64,000 bases of DNA from Candidatus Oxydemutatoraceae bacterium (lineage in GTDB: Bacteria; Pseudomonadota; Gammaproteobacteria; Poriferisulfidales; Oxydemutatoraceae): the NCBI GenBank assembly GCA_965220085.1, contig CBDCOZ010000003.1, positions 1,248,001 to 1,312,000 of the forward strand, given 5' to 3'. Shown here piece after piece: positions 1-9,906 of the stretch. Below the pieces are notes generated by a model that searched no databases, was not told the origin of the DNA, and saw only the letters and a list, made by a program, of their open reading frames with translations. Made by a program: the position numbers and the translations under genes. How positions within the stretch are numbered: the first letter of the stretch is position 1; each line of letters starts with the position of its first letter.

Positions 1-1134
1 GAAGGCTTTGATGTCTCTGACTTTGCGGTCAGGATCGCCGCGACGGTGTCGGATGACTTCAACGCCGGCGATTGGATTTCTCCGAAAGAACAAAAGCGCA
101 CCGATGTGTTCATTCACTACGGCGTCGGCGCGGCCATTCAGGCATTCAAAGATTCGGGGCTTGAAGTCAATGACGAGAACGCGCACCGCATCGGGGTGGT
201 AATCGGTTCCGGTATCGGCGGCTTGCCGTTCATCGAGGCGAACTATGCGGCGTGGAGCAAAGGCGGCCCTCGCAGGATATCGCCGTTTCTGATTCCGGGC
301 AGCATTTCCAATATGGTCTCGGGCAATTTGTCTATCGCTTGCGGGTTTAAGGGGCCCAGTTTTGCCATTGTTTCGGCGTGCACGACCGGCACGCATAGCA
401 TCGGCGAGTCGGCGCGCAAGATCGCCGTCGGCGATGCCGATGTGATGCTGGCGGGCGGGGCCGAGATGGCGACATCGGTGTTGGGCCTCGGCGGTTTCGC
501 TTCCGCCCGCGCCTTGTCTTCCGCGTATAACGACGAGCCACACCGCGCCAGTCGGCCGTGGGACAGCGATCGCGACGGCTTTGTGCTGGGCGAGGGCGCC
601 GGGGTGTTGGCGCTGGAAGAGTACGAACACGCCAAACGGCGCGGCGCAAACATCTATTGCGAGTTAGCCGGTTATGGCGCGTCCAGCGATGCGGCGCATA
701 TCACACAACCCGCGCCCGGGGGAGAAGGGGCGGTGCGTTGCATGGAAAATGCTTTGCGTGATGCCGCGCTCGCTCCCGAGCAAGTCGGCTATATCAATGC
801 CCACGGCACTTCTACTCCGCTGGGCGACAAGGCCGAAAGCGATGCGGTCAAAACCGTGTTTGGCGATTATGCAAAACGCTTGCCGGTCAGTTCGGTGAAG
901 TCTATGATCGGGCATCTGCTCGGGGCTGCCGGCGGGGTGGAAGCGGTATGCTCGGTGTTAAGCCTGCGCGACGGAATCTTGCCGCCGACCATTAATCTGG
1001 AGACACCCGACCCGGAATGCGATCTGGATTATGTGCCGAACGAAGCGCGCGAGCATGACGTTGACTGCGCGCTGTCAAACTCGTTCGGTTTCGGCGGTAC
1101 GAACGCCTCTCTGGTCTTCCGCGCATTGCGCTAA
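1..1134 (+). CDS. fabF: 3-oxoacyl-ACP synthase II (5' truncated by window edge)
   Basis: Frame open from base 1; ACTTG active-site Cys, [23 protein letters not shown] motifs; followed by pabC-mltG-tmk-holB. Confidence 0.97.
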   Translation, partial: EGFDVSDFAVRIAATVSDDFNAGDWISPKEQKRTDVFIHYGVGAAIQAFKDSGLEVNDENAHRIGVVIGSGIGGLPFIEANYAAWSKGGPRRISPFLIPGSISNMVSGNLSIACGFKGPSFAIVSACTTGTHSIGESARKIAVGDADVMLAGGAEMATSVLGLGGFASARALSSAYNDEPHRASRPWDSDRDGFVLGEGAGVLALEEYEHAKRRGANIYCELAGYGASSDAAHITQPAPGGEGAVRCMENALRDAALAPEQVGYINAHGTSTPLGDKAESDAVKTVFGDYAKRLPVSSVKSMIGHLLGAAGGVEAVCSVLSLRDGILPPTINLETPDPECDLDYVPNEAREHDVDCALSNSFGFGGTNASLVFRALR

Positions 1135-1145
1135 AGCCCGCGCCG

Positions 1146-1964
1146 ATGCCCTCGGTTTTGATAGACGGTCGGGAATGCGACCTGATTGCGGTCTCCGACC
1201 GCGCGTTGGCATATGGCGACGGATTATTTGAGACCGTTGCGGCAGAAGACGGACGACTGCGCTTGTGGCGCTTGCATTGCAAGCGTCTGCAAAAGGGGTG
1301 CGAAGTTCTGGGCATACCCTTTGCCGACTACGATGCGCTCGCAAGCGAAGCGCGGCAGTTGGCGCAGGAGATTGGACACGGCAGTATCAAGATTATCATC
1401 TCAAGCGGCAGCGGCCCGCGCGGCTATCGGCGTCCCGACGCGGTCAAACCTGTTCGCATCGTCAGCGCCGAAGCTGCGGTCGCCGCCCATGAAACGTTTT
1501 ATCGCGAAGGCATCGCGGCGACAGTTTGTCGTACGTTGATTTCGGAACAGAAAGCTTTGGCCGGAGTGAAGCACCTCAACCGGCTGGATCAGGTGTTAGC
1601 GCGGCAAGAGTGGGACGGCGAGTATCAGGAAGGGGTGATGCTTGACGCGAAAGGCTATGTGCGGGAAGGAACGATGAGCAACTTGTTTGTTCTCAAGGGC
1701 GCACGGTTGCTGACGCCGGCGCTTGAAAACTGCGGGGTGCGCGGTGTGATGCGCGAGTGGATTATCGGGCGCTGCGCCGAACTCGGTATTACGGTCCAAT
1801 GTGGCGACATGACACTTGAGGAGGCGCTGCAAAGCGACGGACTCTTCTTTTGCAATGCGGTGATCAGGGCCTGGCCGGTCAAAACATTGGCGCATCGCCG
1901 CTACGATACCGGCGCTATCCGAACGCTTCTTGAGCGCTTGTCCTTCGGAGATTGCGCGCGATGA
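1146..1964 (+). CDS. pabC: aminodeoxychorismate lyase
   Basis: DRALAYGDGLFET, KHLNRLDQVLA, EGTMSNLF class IV aminotransferase motifs; synteny. Confidence 0.95.
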   Translation: MPSVLIDGRECDLIAVSDRALAYGDGLFETVAAEDGRLRLWRLHCKRLQKGCEVLGIPFADYDALASEARQLAQEIGHGSIKIIISSGSGPRGYRRPDAVKPVRIVSAEAAVAAHETFYREGIAATVCRTLISEQKALAGVKHLNRLDQVLARQEWDGEYQEGVMLDAKGYVREGTMSNLFVLKGARLLTPALENCGVRGVMREWIIGRCAELGITVQCGDMTLEEALQSDGLFFCNAVIRAWPVKTLAHRRYDTGAIRTLLERLSFGDCAR

Positions 1965-2962
1965 AAGTGAAATCGCTCATCGCTCTCATCGTCTTGGCCG
2001 CCGCCGGAGCAGCGGTCTATGACTACGTGCGCTATATCTATGTTCAGCCGCTCAGCCCGGGACGGGAAACTGTTCTGACACTTGCGCGCGGCGAATCTTT
2101 CGCCGCGGTCGCAACCAAGGTCGCATGGATTGTAGCGGGCGCGCCGGTGTTTTTCCCGCGCACATATATTCGTATCTATGGTCGCTTAGGCGGAGTCGAA
2201 CGTCGCATCAAAGCGGGGGAGTATGCGGTCGGGAAAGAGATGACGATCAGCGCTCTGCTTGGGAAGATCGTCAGAGGCGAGAGTATCTACCGCAACATTA
2301 CCGTTCCCGAAGGCGCGCGCTTTGCCGACTTGCTGCGGATTATCGGGCGCCACCCGGGAATTACATTGAACGATGATGCGCTCCGGCGTATCCGCTTGCA
2401 ATTCCCCGATACGAAGCCGCCGGAAGGGTGGTTCTTTCCGGACACCTATCTTTTCCATGGCGGAAGCGACGGGTTTGAGATATTGAAGAAGAGTCATCTT
2501 GCTATGCGACGGATTCTGCAAAAGCATTGGCAGACACGCAATCCGACTATCCCGCTGAACTCGCCGTACGAGGCTTTGATACTCGCTTCAATAATCGAGA
2601 AAGAGGCAAAGCTAGCAGAAGAGAAAACGGAGATCGCCGCGGTATTCTTAAACCGCCTGAAGCAGAATATGCCTCTTGAAGCGGACCCGACGGTCATATA
2701 CGGATTGGGAGAAAACTTTGACGGCAATCTGACGCGCGCAGACCTTAGAGCCGACACACCGTATAACACCTACACGCGCAGAGCGTTGCCGCCGACACCG
2801 ATCGCGTTGCCGGGAGAACAGGCGATATATGCCGCAACGCACCCGACGACTAGTTCGGCGCTGTATTTTGTCGCTAAGGGCGATGGCAGTCACCATTTCT
2901 CACAAACCTATAAAGAGCATAAACAAATGGTGGATAAGTATCAGAGAAATCGGAAGAAATGA
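1961..2962 (+). CDS. mltG: endolytic transglycosylase MltG
   Basis: EGWFFPDTY, LASIIEKE, LEADPTVIYG, PYNTY...LPPTPI motifs; ATGA overlap with pabC. Confidence 0.95.
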   Translation: MKVKSLIALIVLAAAGAAVYDYVRYIYVQPLSPGRETVLTLARGESFAAVATKVAWIVAGAPVFFPRTYIRIYGRLGGVERRIKAGEYAVGKEMTISALLGKIVRGESIYRNITVPEGARFADLLRIIGRHPGITLNDDALRRIRLQFPDTKPPEGWFFPDTYLFHGGSDGFEILKKSHLAMRRILQKHWQTRNPTIPLNSPYEALILASIIEKEAKLAEEKTEIAAVFLNRLKQNMPLEADPTVIYGLGENFDGNLTRADLRADTPYNTYTRRALPPTPIALPGEQAIYAATHPTTSSALYFVAKGDGSHHFSQTYKEHKQMVDKYQRNRKK

Positions 2963-3582
2963 GGGGGTATTTAGTCACTTTTGAGGGTCTTGAAGCCGCC
3001 GGCAAGAGTACGCAGGTGGCTCGCTTGCAACGGATGCTTGAGGAGCGGGGAGCAGACGTTATCACCACCCGCGAGCCGGGCGGCACTCCGTTGGCGGAGA
3101 AGATTCGTGCGTTTTTGCTCAGCGAGACACAGCGCTCCGGCCTCTGCGAGTCGGCGCTGTTTTCTATCGCCCGCGCGAGCCATGTGCGTCGGCATATCCG
3201 GCCGGCTTTGCGAAGCGGGCGGTGGGTGATCTGCGATCGCTTCGTCGATACCACCAGAGCGTACCAAGGCGGAGGGCGCGCTATGCCGTCGTGGTGGATT
3301 GAGTTGCTGATCAGCGCAACGACCTTTTGTATCAAACCGGATGTGACGATCGTGTTGGACATTCCGCTCGAAGCGATTCACGCGCGCTTGCAACAGCGCG
3401 GCAGGATGAACCGCTTTGACAACGAGCGGGCGGAGTTCTTTAAGCGCGCGCGGCAGAGGTATCACGCGCTGGCGCAAGCGGAGCCCGACAGGATCCGCCT
3501 GATCGATGCTATGCTTCCGCTTGACGAAGCAGAGCGGCAGATTCAGTTGATCATAGAGCCGCTATTGGAAAGCAAACGATGA
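2959..3582 (+). CDS. tmk: thymidylate kinase
   Basis: FEGLEAAGKSTQ P-loop, TREPGGT, CDRF motifs. Confidence 0.96.
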   Translation: MRGYLVTFEGLEAAGKSTQVARLQRMLEERGADVITTREPGGTPLAEKIRAFLLSETQRSGLCESALFSIARASHVRRHIRPALRSGRWVICDRFVDTTRAYQGGGRAMPSWWIELLISATTFCIKPDVTIVLDIPLEAIHARLQQRGRMNRFDNERAEFFKRARQRYHALAQAEPDRIRLIDAMLPLDEAERQIQLIIEPLLESKR

Positions 3583-4538
3583 GTGACATTTATCCGTGGC
3601 AGCGGCGACAGTGGGAGACCTGGATTAATCTGGCGCACAGCGACCGCTTGCCTCATGCGTTGTTGCTGTATGGCAACTCCGGAATCGGGATTCGGGACTT
3701 TGTGATACACGCTGCGCACAGCATATTATGCGAGCACGCCGAGGCCGCGCAGAAACCGTGCGGCCGATGTCGCGCTTGTCGTCTTCTCGCAGCCGGAACA
3801 CACCCCGACTATTGCCCGGCAGAAGCGCAGAAGAAAGAAATACAGATTGACCAAGTGTTGCGGTTGATAGCGTTTCTTCAGTTGGAGCGGCAGTACCGAC
3901 AATACCGCCTTGTCGTCATTCCGGAGATCGACAAATTGAACTACTCGGCGGCTAACGCGTTATTGAAAATCCTTGAAGAGCCGCCGCCGTGGGCGTTGAT
4001 TCTGGCCGGCACCGAGAACCTGTCGCGCCTGCCGGCGACGATACGCAGCCGTTTCCAAAAGATGCGCTTTCCGCTGCCCGGCGAGGAAGCCGAAGGGTGG
4101 CTCGCGGAGAAACTGGGGTGTGACCGGCAACAGGCGCGGCAGAAACTGCGGCGATATAACATGCAGGCGCTGGTCGCATTGGCGGAAAGCGCGAGCGGCA
4201 AAGAGGAAAAAGACAGTTATGAATCCTTTCACGCCGATTTTGTAGCCTACATCCAGGGCCGGGTTTCGCTGACCCGTATGGCCGAAGAATGGCAGGGTGT
4301 CGCTCCCGAGCGGATACAGAACTGGCTGCTGAGAGAGTTGCACAGCGCATTGAAACTGCAATTTCTGCCGGATGCCGACTCGGAGATACCCTTTGCGCAC
4401 ATCAAAGGCAAGCCTCTGGAGAATCTGTATCTGTTGCAGGTCGGGCGCTGTCATATGGCCCATGCAAACTTGAATTCTCGTTTGCTGTTGGAAAGCAGTT
4501 TGCTGGAGTGGGGCAGGGCGTTGGCGCGACCGAACTAG
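3579..4538 (+). CDS. holB: DNA polymerase III subunit delta'
   Basis: HALLL, CGRCRAC zinc motif, HPD, ANALLKILEEPP, TIRSR. Confidence 0.93.
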   Translation: MSDIYPWQRRQWETWINLAHSDRLPHALLLYGNSGIGIRDFVIHAAHSILCEHAEAAQKPCGRCRACRLLAAGTHPDYCPAEAQKKEIQIDQVLRLIAFLQLERQYRQYRLVVIPEIDKLNYSAANALLKILEEPPPWALILAGTENLSRLPATIRSRFQKMRFPLPGEEAEGWLAEKLGCDRQQARQKLRRYNMQALVALAESASGKEEKDSYESFHADFVAYIQGRVSLTRMAEEWQGVAPERIQNWLLRELHSALKLQFLPDADSEIPFAHIKGKPLENLYLLQVGRCHMAHANLNSRLLLESSLLEWGRALARPN

Positions 4539-5235
4539 AATGCTTGCAAACATTCCAGCGCCTTGTCCGGATACGCATTCGGAGAATCTGTATCTGTTGC
4601 AGGTCGGGCGCTGTCATATGGCCCATGCAAATTTGAATTCCCGTTTGCTGTTGGAAAGCAGTTTGCCGGAGCGGGGAGGGCGTTGGCGCGACCGAACTAG
4701 AATGCTTGCAAGCGCTCCAGCGCCTTGTCCGGATACGCACTCGGAGAATCTGTATCTGTTGCAGGTCGGGCGCTGTCATATGGCCCATGCAAACTTGAAT
4801 TCCCGGTTGCTGTTGGAAAGCAGTTTGCCGGAGCGGGGCAGGGCGTTGGCGCGACTGAACTAGAATGCTTGCAAGCATTCCAGCGCCTTGTCCGGATACG
4901 CATTCGGAGAATCTGTATCTGTTGCAGGTCGGGCGCTGTCATATGGCCCATGCAAATTTGAATTCCCGGTTGCTGTTGGAAAGCAGTTTGCCGGAGCGGG
5001 GCAGGGCGTTGGCGCGACCGAACTAGAATGCTTGCAAGCATTCCAGCGCCTTGTCCGGATACGCGCTCGGAGAATCTGTATCTGTTGCAGGTCGGGCGCT
5101 GTCATATGGCCCATGCAAATTTGAATTCCCGGTTGCTGTTGGAAAGCAGTTTGCCGGAGCGGGGCAGGGCGTTGGCGCGACCGAACTAGAATGCTTGCAA
5201 GCATTCCAGCGCCTTGTCCAGATACGCATTCGGAG
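4418..5235. repeat. Five tandem copies of a 162-163 bp unit containing the 3' ends and stops of both holB and the convergent aminotransferase
   Basis: Units start at GGAG at 4418, 4581, 4743, 4906, 5069; last junction at 5232; copies differ by SNPs and one indel. Confidence 0.95.
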
Positions 5236-6352
5236 TATAGAAGTGGGGGGAGAATCTGACACCGCCGCCGCGATGGGCACAGAGAATGTCTTGCTCCAGC
5301 AACTGCCGGAATAATTCCTTTGCTTCTTTGGCGCGCGGTTTTACCGTCAGGATTCCGGCTCTTTGTGTCGCATCCAAAGGCGTCAGAATCTGATATTTTT
5401 CCCGGTCGATGCGCTCCGACAGATAAGCGATTCGGGCCGAGATGCGCTCGCTGATAGCGGCAATTCCGACATCAAGCAATAGTTCAATACTCGTATGCAA
5501 ACCGCTGATTCCTAAGCTATTCGGGCTGCCGCATTCAAAGCGTCGGGCGCTAGGACTCAGTTGCCAGTCGCAGAGCTTGGCGGAATGGAACAAGGTGTCG
5601 TAATCGTTGCGGTTGGCGACCGATGCCCAGCCGAGTTGGCGCGGTATCAATTGTTCAATCTGTTCTTTGCGACAATAAAAAACGCCGATGCCTTCCGGAG
5701 CCAGCAACCATTTGTGACCGTCAGCGGCGGCAAAATCTATTTGGCACGCTTGCACATCAAACGGCAACGCGCCGAGGCTCTGGATCGCATCCACACAAAA
5801 CAGGGTGTTATTCTGCCGACAAGCGGCGCCGAGTTTTTCCAATGCGATTCTATGACCGTAGGCATATTGAACCGAGCTGACCGCCAGCAGGCGGGTGCCG
5901 GAATCCATCTGTTCCAACAACGCTTCTTCGGGCGCGCTTTTTCCGTAAAGGTCTGCGCAACGCGGCTCTACGCCGAACTGTCGGGCGGTCGCCTCCCAGA
6001 CGATGCGGTTGGATGGGAATTCCTGTTGCCCGAACACGATATTGTCTCCGGGCTTCCAGTCTATGCCGTGGGCGACAAAGGATAATCCTTCGGAGGTGTT
6101 TTTTATCAATGCGATCTCATCGGCCGATTGCGCATGGAACAATTTTTGCGCCATCGCCCGCAACTCGTCGCAACGATGTTCCCATTCGCCAAAGTCTATT
6201 CTGTTGTCGGCGCTGTTCTGTTCGGCGAAGCGGCGGATGGCCGCTTGGGTCCGGCGCGGCCACGGCGCAAGACCCGCATGGTTTAAGTGGGTAATCCGAT
6301 CGCTTGCAAAAGGGCCGAATTCATCTTTAACTAGGGTTATAATGTCGTCCAT
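5186..6352 (-). CDS. class V PLP-dependent aminotransferase (cysteine desulfurase-like)
   Basis: HLNHAG, NTSEGL, VDAIQSLG, DGHKWLLAPEGIG, RFSPHFY. Confidence 0.9.
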   Translation of the reverse strand: MDDIITLVKDEFGPFASDRITHLNHAGLAPWPRRTQAAIRRFAEQNSADNRIDFGEWEHRCDELRAMAQKLFHAQSADEIALIKNTSEGLSFVAHGIDWKPGDNIVFGQQEFPSNRIVWEATARQFGVEPRCADLYGKSAPEEALLEQMDSGTRLLAVSSVQYAYGHRIALEKLGAACRQNNTLFCVDAIQSLGALPFDVQACQIDFAAADGHKWLLAPEGIGVFYCRKEQIEQLIPRQLGWASVANRNDYDTLFHSAKLCDWQLSPSARRFECGSPNSLGISGLHTSIELLLDVGIAAISERISARIAYLSERIDREKYQILTPLDATQRAGILTVKPRAKEAKELFRQLLEQDILCAHRGGGVRFSPHFYTPNAYLDKALECLQAF

Positions 6353-7328
6353 GCGTCTATTATGTCTTATGTCGTTATTACTGATAAGCGCGGGCTTTTC
6401 GGCACAAGCGTCTACCTATCGGTATGACCTCGATCATACCCTGATCGGGGCTTTGCAGAGCACGGCGGTGCGCGCGACCGATACCTTGATTGATATTGCC
6501 CGCGACTTTGAGTTGGGCTACGAGGAAATCGTGCAGGCCAATCCCGATTTGGACCCGTGGGTTCCGGGGGAGGGCAGCCGGGTCATTCTGCCAAGCCAAT
6601 TTATTTTGCCCTATCCGGAGTTTCAGGGAGTCTTTATCAACCTGGCGGAGATGAGGTTGTATTACTATCTCCCCGTTGCGGAAGATGGCAAACGGGTCGT
6701 CTCAACTTATCCGATCAGCATCGGTCGCGAAGAATGGAAGACACCCGTTTCCAGCGCGAAGGTTGTCGATAAGTTAGTCAACCCGAGTTGGTATCCGCCG
6801 AAGAGCGTTCGTCGCGAGCACGCGCAGATGGGAGACCCCTTGCCATCCGTCGTGCCCCCGGGAGAGGACAACCCGTTAGGGGAATATGCCTTGCAACTCA
6901 ATTTGTCGGGTTACTTTATCCACGGCACAAACCGGCCGGAAGGCATCGGGATGCGGGTGACCCACGGCTGCATCCGCATGCGCCCCGAGGATATATCGGA
7001 CTTGTTTCACCGCATTCCCCGAGGCACGAATGTCACCATCCGCTTTATGCCCCATAAAACGGTATTGGCAGACGGCGTGATCTATTTTGAAGCGCACCGA
7101 GGCGGCTATGCGCAAAAGAGCTATATGGCGGATTCGCTGATCGCGGTCAGCGAGTTATCCAAACAGCAAAATATTACCGTCGATTGGGAACGTATGTTGC
7201 GGGTCGCAAAGCGCGGTCGGGGGATACCGGTGCCTTTGAATATCGGCATGGAGCATTCCGACTATATCTCTGCGCTGCCGCAAGCGGGCGAACGCGACGC
7301 GACCGCGCGCAAAGATTACATATTTTGA
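6351..7328 (+). CDS. L,D-transpeptidase (ErfK/YbiS-like, LysM + YkuD)
   Basis: Signal peptide; ANPDLDPWVP LysM-like segment; PPGEDNPLG, IHGTN...THGCIRM catalytic motif. Confidence 0.92.
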   Translation: MRLLCLMSLLLISAGFSAQASTYRYDLDHTLIGALQSTAVRATDTLIDIARDFELGYEEIVQANPDLDPWVPGEGSRVILPSQFILPYPEFQGVFINLAEMRLYYYLPVAEDGKRVVSTYPISIGREEWKTPVSSAKVVDKLVNPSWYPPKSVRREHAQMGDPLPSVVPPGEDNPLGEYALQLNLSGYFIHGTNRPEGIGMRVTHGCIRMRPEDISDLFHRIPRGTNVTIRFMPHKTVLADGVIYFEAHRGGYAQKSYMADSLIAVSELSKQQNITVDWERMLRVAKRGRGIPVPLNIGMEHSDYISALPQAGERDATARKDYIF

Positions 7329-7383
7329 GGATAAAAAAAGGGGGACAAGATTGCCCCCCTAAAATCAAAATGAATGATCGAAG

Positions 7384-7692
7384 TTACTTCATCATCTTAT
7401 AATCAAATTTCTCCATCAGAAACTTTTCAGCGCGGCTTGCTCTCATCATTGCCTCGTGAGCCATCTCTTTAGCACGCATCGCTTCGGTTTCTGCGGTATT
7501 CAACTGAAATTGCATTTCAGCTGCTTGCCGCTCCATCTCTTTGTCGTGCATCATCATATCATCGTGCATCATGTCATCGTGCATCATGTCATCGTGCATC
7601 ATTTTGTCGCCGTGCATCATTTTGTCGCTTGCACAACCGGTGATTGCTAATGCGATAATACCGACGAGGGCTGTAGAACGAAAATTTTTCAT
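7384..7692 (-). CDS. OprI/Lpp-like alanine-zipper lipoprotein with Met/His/Asp repeats
   Basis: Lipobox ITGC; (D/K)MMHD repeats; Ala-rich helix; C-terminal Lys; convergent with L,D-transpeptidase. Confidence 0.75.
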   Translation of the reverse strand: MKNFRSTALVGIIALAITGCASDKMMHGDKMMHDDMMHDDMMHDDMMMHDKEMERQAAEMQFQLNTAETEAMRAKEMAHEAMMRASRAEKFLMEKFDYKMMK

Positions 7693-7928
7693 ATCTAATT
7701 ACTCCAGAGTTTATATATGGAAATGTGTTAACACAGTCGTAAGCATAAACGAAAACACGATGCGTATCAAGCGAGGCTGTGAACTCAGGGGTCGGTGGCC
7801 GACCGGGCGCTTTGAAGCCTTGCCTATGTGCCTTCGCATAATATGCATTATGTTAAATAGATACGGGCTTAGCGGAAGGCTTGCAGAGCCCTGTTTTCTA
7901 AGGTTATCCAAGGGCTTAGACAGGATCA

Positions 7929-8031
7929 AGCGGGACGGCCTCAACGTGCGCACTCAGCGGCGATCGTCGGGAGAGGATGTTGCGTTTCGCTATTCAGCGG
8001 GACGGCCTCAACGTGCGCGCTCAGCGGCGAT
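7929..8031. repeat. 36-bp direct repeat x2 (7929-7964, 7996-8031); second copy contains the FAH gene stop
   Basis: agcgggacggcctcaacgtgcgc(a/g)ctcagcggcgat twice, 31 bp apart. Confidence 0.8.
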
Positions 8032-8803
8032 AGTGATTGCGCAACCGCCCCACTTCGTTGATCTCAACCTCAACCAGACAGCCTTCGGGCATCGGCCCGA
8101 GCCCGACAGATGTGCCGCAACAAATGACATCCCCCGGATACAGGGTCATGTTGGCCGACAAAGCGCAGACGATCTCATCGGGACTCATCAGCATATCCGC
8201 GACCGGATATTGCTGGACAACATCGCCGTTGATCTTTGTTGTGATGCTCAGGTCTTTCCAGTTTACATCGGTCGCAAGCGCCGGGCCGATGACGCCAAAG
8301 GTATCAAAACCTTTGGCGCGGCTCCATTGATCAAAGCCGGCATAGTCCTTGAGCAAGCCGAAGGCGGTCACATCGTTGATGCAGGTATATCCGGCGATGG
8401 CGTCGCTACCGGCGCCGGGCGCGAGGTTATTGGCTTCGCGGCCGATGACGATGCCCAGCTCGCCTTCAAAAAAGACCTCGCCGTCATACGCCGGCGGATG
8501 GCGGATGGTTTGTTCCGACGCCAGCCAGGAGTTCGGCGGTTTGAACAGGTACAACGGCGTCGCGGGATACTCCAATTTCTTTTCATCGGCCAGCGCCTTG
8601 AAATTATTCCACAAGGCGATGACCTTTGTCGGGCGACACGGCAACAGTATTTCAACGTCGTCAAGCGCATATTGTTGCGCGGTCTTTTCGGGTGTCGCCG
8701 GTATCGCATCGTGTGCGTTCGCGCAGGCCGTCACGGTATTATTTTCCAGAATCCCGTAGCGCGGCGCAACGTCGGCGGCGGTTTTATAACGTAACCACAG
8801 CAT
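8021..8803 (-). CDS. fumarylacetoacetate hydrolase family protein
   Basis: FEGELGIVIG, GYTCINDVTA, RAKGFDTF, GDVICCGT; start taken at MLWLRY (ORF track start 9010 lies inside dusA). Confidence 0.9.
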   Translation of the reverse strand: MLWLRYKTAADVAPRYGILENNTVTACANAHDAIPATPEKTAQQYALDDVEILLPCRPTKVIALWNNFKALADEKKLEYPATPLYLFKPPNSWLASEQTIRHPPAYDGEVFFEGELGIVIGREANNLAPGAGSDAIAGYTCINDVTAFGLLKDYAGFDQWSRAKGFDTFGVIGPALATDVNWKDLSITTKINGDVVQQYPVADMLMSPDEIVCALSANMTLYPGDVICCGTSVGLGPMPEGCLVEVEINEVGRLRNHYRR

Positions 8804-9827
8804 TTTCTTGTTCCCCCTCGGTCGACTCGAGCATCCGCTCAAATCGTGTTTTGAATTGTCGCATGAAATCGGCTTCGGTCGCGACCGCGGCCTCGTTGCT
8901 AAGCCAGCGACGCCAGTTGCGCGCATGGCGTTGTCCTTTGAACAGATTGAGCAGATGCTTGAGCAACCTGCCGGACGAAGCCTCTTCCTCGCGCAGCGTT
9001 TTTGCGACATAGGCCATGATCAGTTTGCCTAATTCGTAACCGCTTTGCCCGGCAACGCTGTCGCGCGCGTAAAACAGCGCATCCGCATCGCGCAGCATGA
9101 ACGGATTATCGTAAACGGCCCGGCCCAACATCACGCCGTCAAGCGACGCTCGGACACGCTGCGCCTGTTGCAACGACAGGATGCCGCCGTTGAGAATAAT
9201 CTCGCATTCGGGGAACGCTTCTTTCAGACGATAGACAGATTCGTAATCCAGCGGCGGAATAGTCCGATTTTGTTTGGGCGAAAAGCTGTCCAGACGGGCC
9301 AGGCGGGCGTGTACTATGAACACCTTGCAACCGGCATCGGCATTCGCCTCGACAAAGCGCGGCAGATCGGATTCGCCGCGGCGCCCTGCCACCCCTATTC
9401 TGCATTTTATGGACAGCGGCAGATCGCTCGCATCGCGAATCGCTTTGACGCAAGCGGCAGCCTGTTGCGGCATCTTCATCAAGGCGACCCCGAACCCTCC
9501 GGCTTGCGCACATTTTCCCGGACAACCCGCGTTGATATTGAATTCCGCATAGCCCCATCGTTGCGCCAGTTCCGCGCAAGCGGCCATCGCCGCGGGCTCC
9601 CTGCCGCCGACTTGCAAGGCAAGCGGGTGTTCCACCGCGTCATAATCCAATATCCCCCGCGAGTGGCCGTGGATGACCGCTTTGCAACTGAGCATCTCGG
9701 TATAGAGCACGGCGCGCTTTGTCATAAACCGCGCCAAGCGCCGAAAGTAGCGATCGGTGCATTTCATCATCGGCGCGACACAAAAGCGTCTGTCGGGTGC
9801 GGTTGCTGTGGCGGCACTATACTGCAT
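8784..9827 (-). CDS. dusA: tRNA dihydrouridine synthase A
   Basis: VAPMM, LYTEM, EHPLALQVGG, NAGCP, NRTIPPLDY, VMLGRA. Confidence 0.9.
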   Translation of the reverse strand: MQYSAATATAPDRRFCVAPMMKCTDRYFRRLARFMTKRAVLYTEMLSCKAVIHGHSRGILDYDAVEHPLALQVGGREPAAMAACAELAQRWGYAEFNINAGCPGKCAQAGGFGVALMKMPQQAAACVKAIRDASDLPLSIKCRIGVAGRRGESDLPRFVEANADAGCKVFIVHARLARLDSFSPKQNRTIPPLDYESVYRLKEAFPECEIILNGGILSLQQAQRVRASLDGVMLGRAVYDNPFMLRDADALFYARDSVAGQSGYELGKLIMAYVAKTLREEEASSGRLLKHLLNLFKGQRHARNWRRWLSNEAAVATEADFMRQFKTRFERMLESTEGEQENAVVTL

Positions 9828-9906
9828 TGGGATATTTTATCATGCAGAAAGCCGCTATAATAGAGCACATTTGTCAGACCGACCTGCCACGGTCGCACCC
9901 GTTGAT

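Noticed and set aside
4540-5314. Short ORFs in the 163-bp array as genes
   Set aside because: They are re-reads of the duplicated holB and aminotransferase ends.
7929-8031. Mini-CRISPR (36-bp repeat, 31-bp spacer)
   Set aside because: Only two copies, and one contains the FAH gene stop; better explained as a 3'-end duplication.
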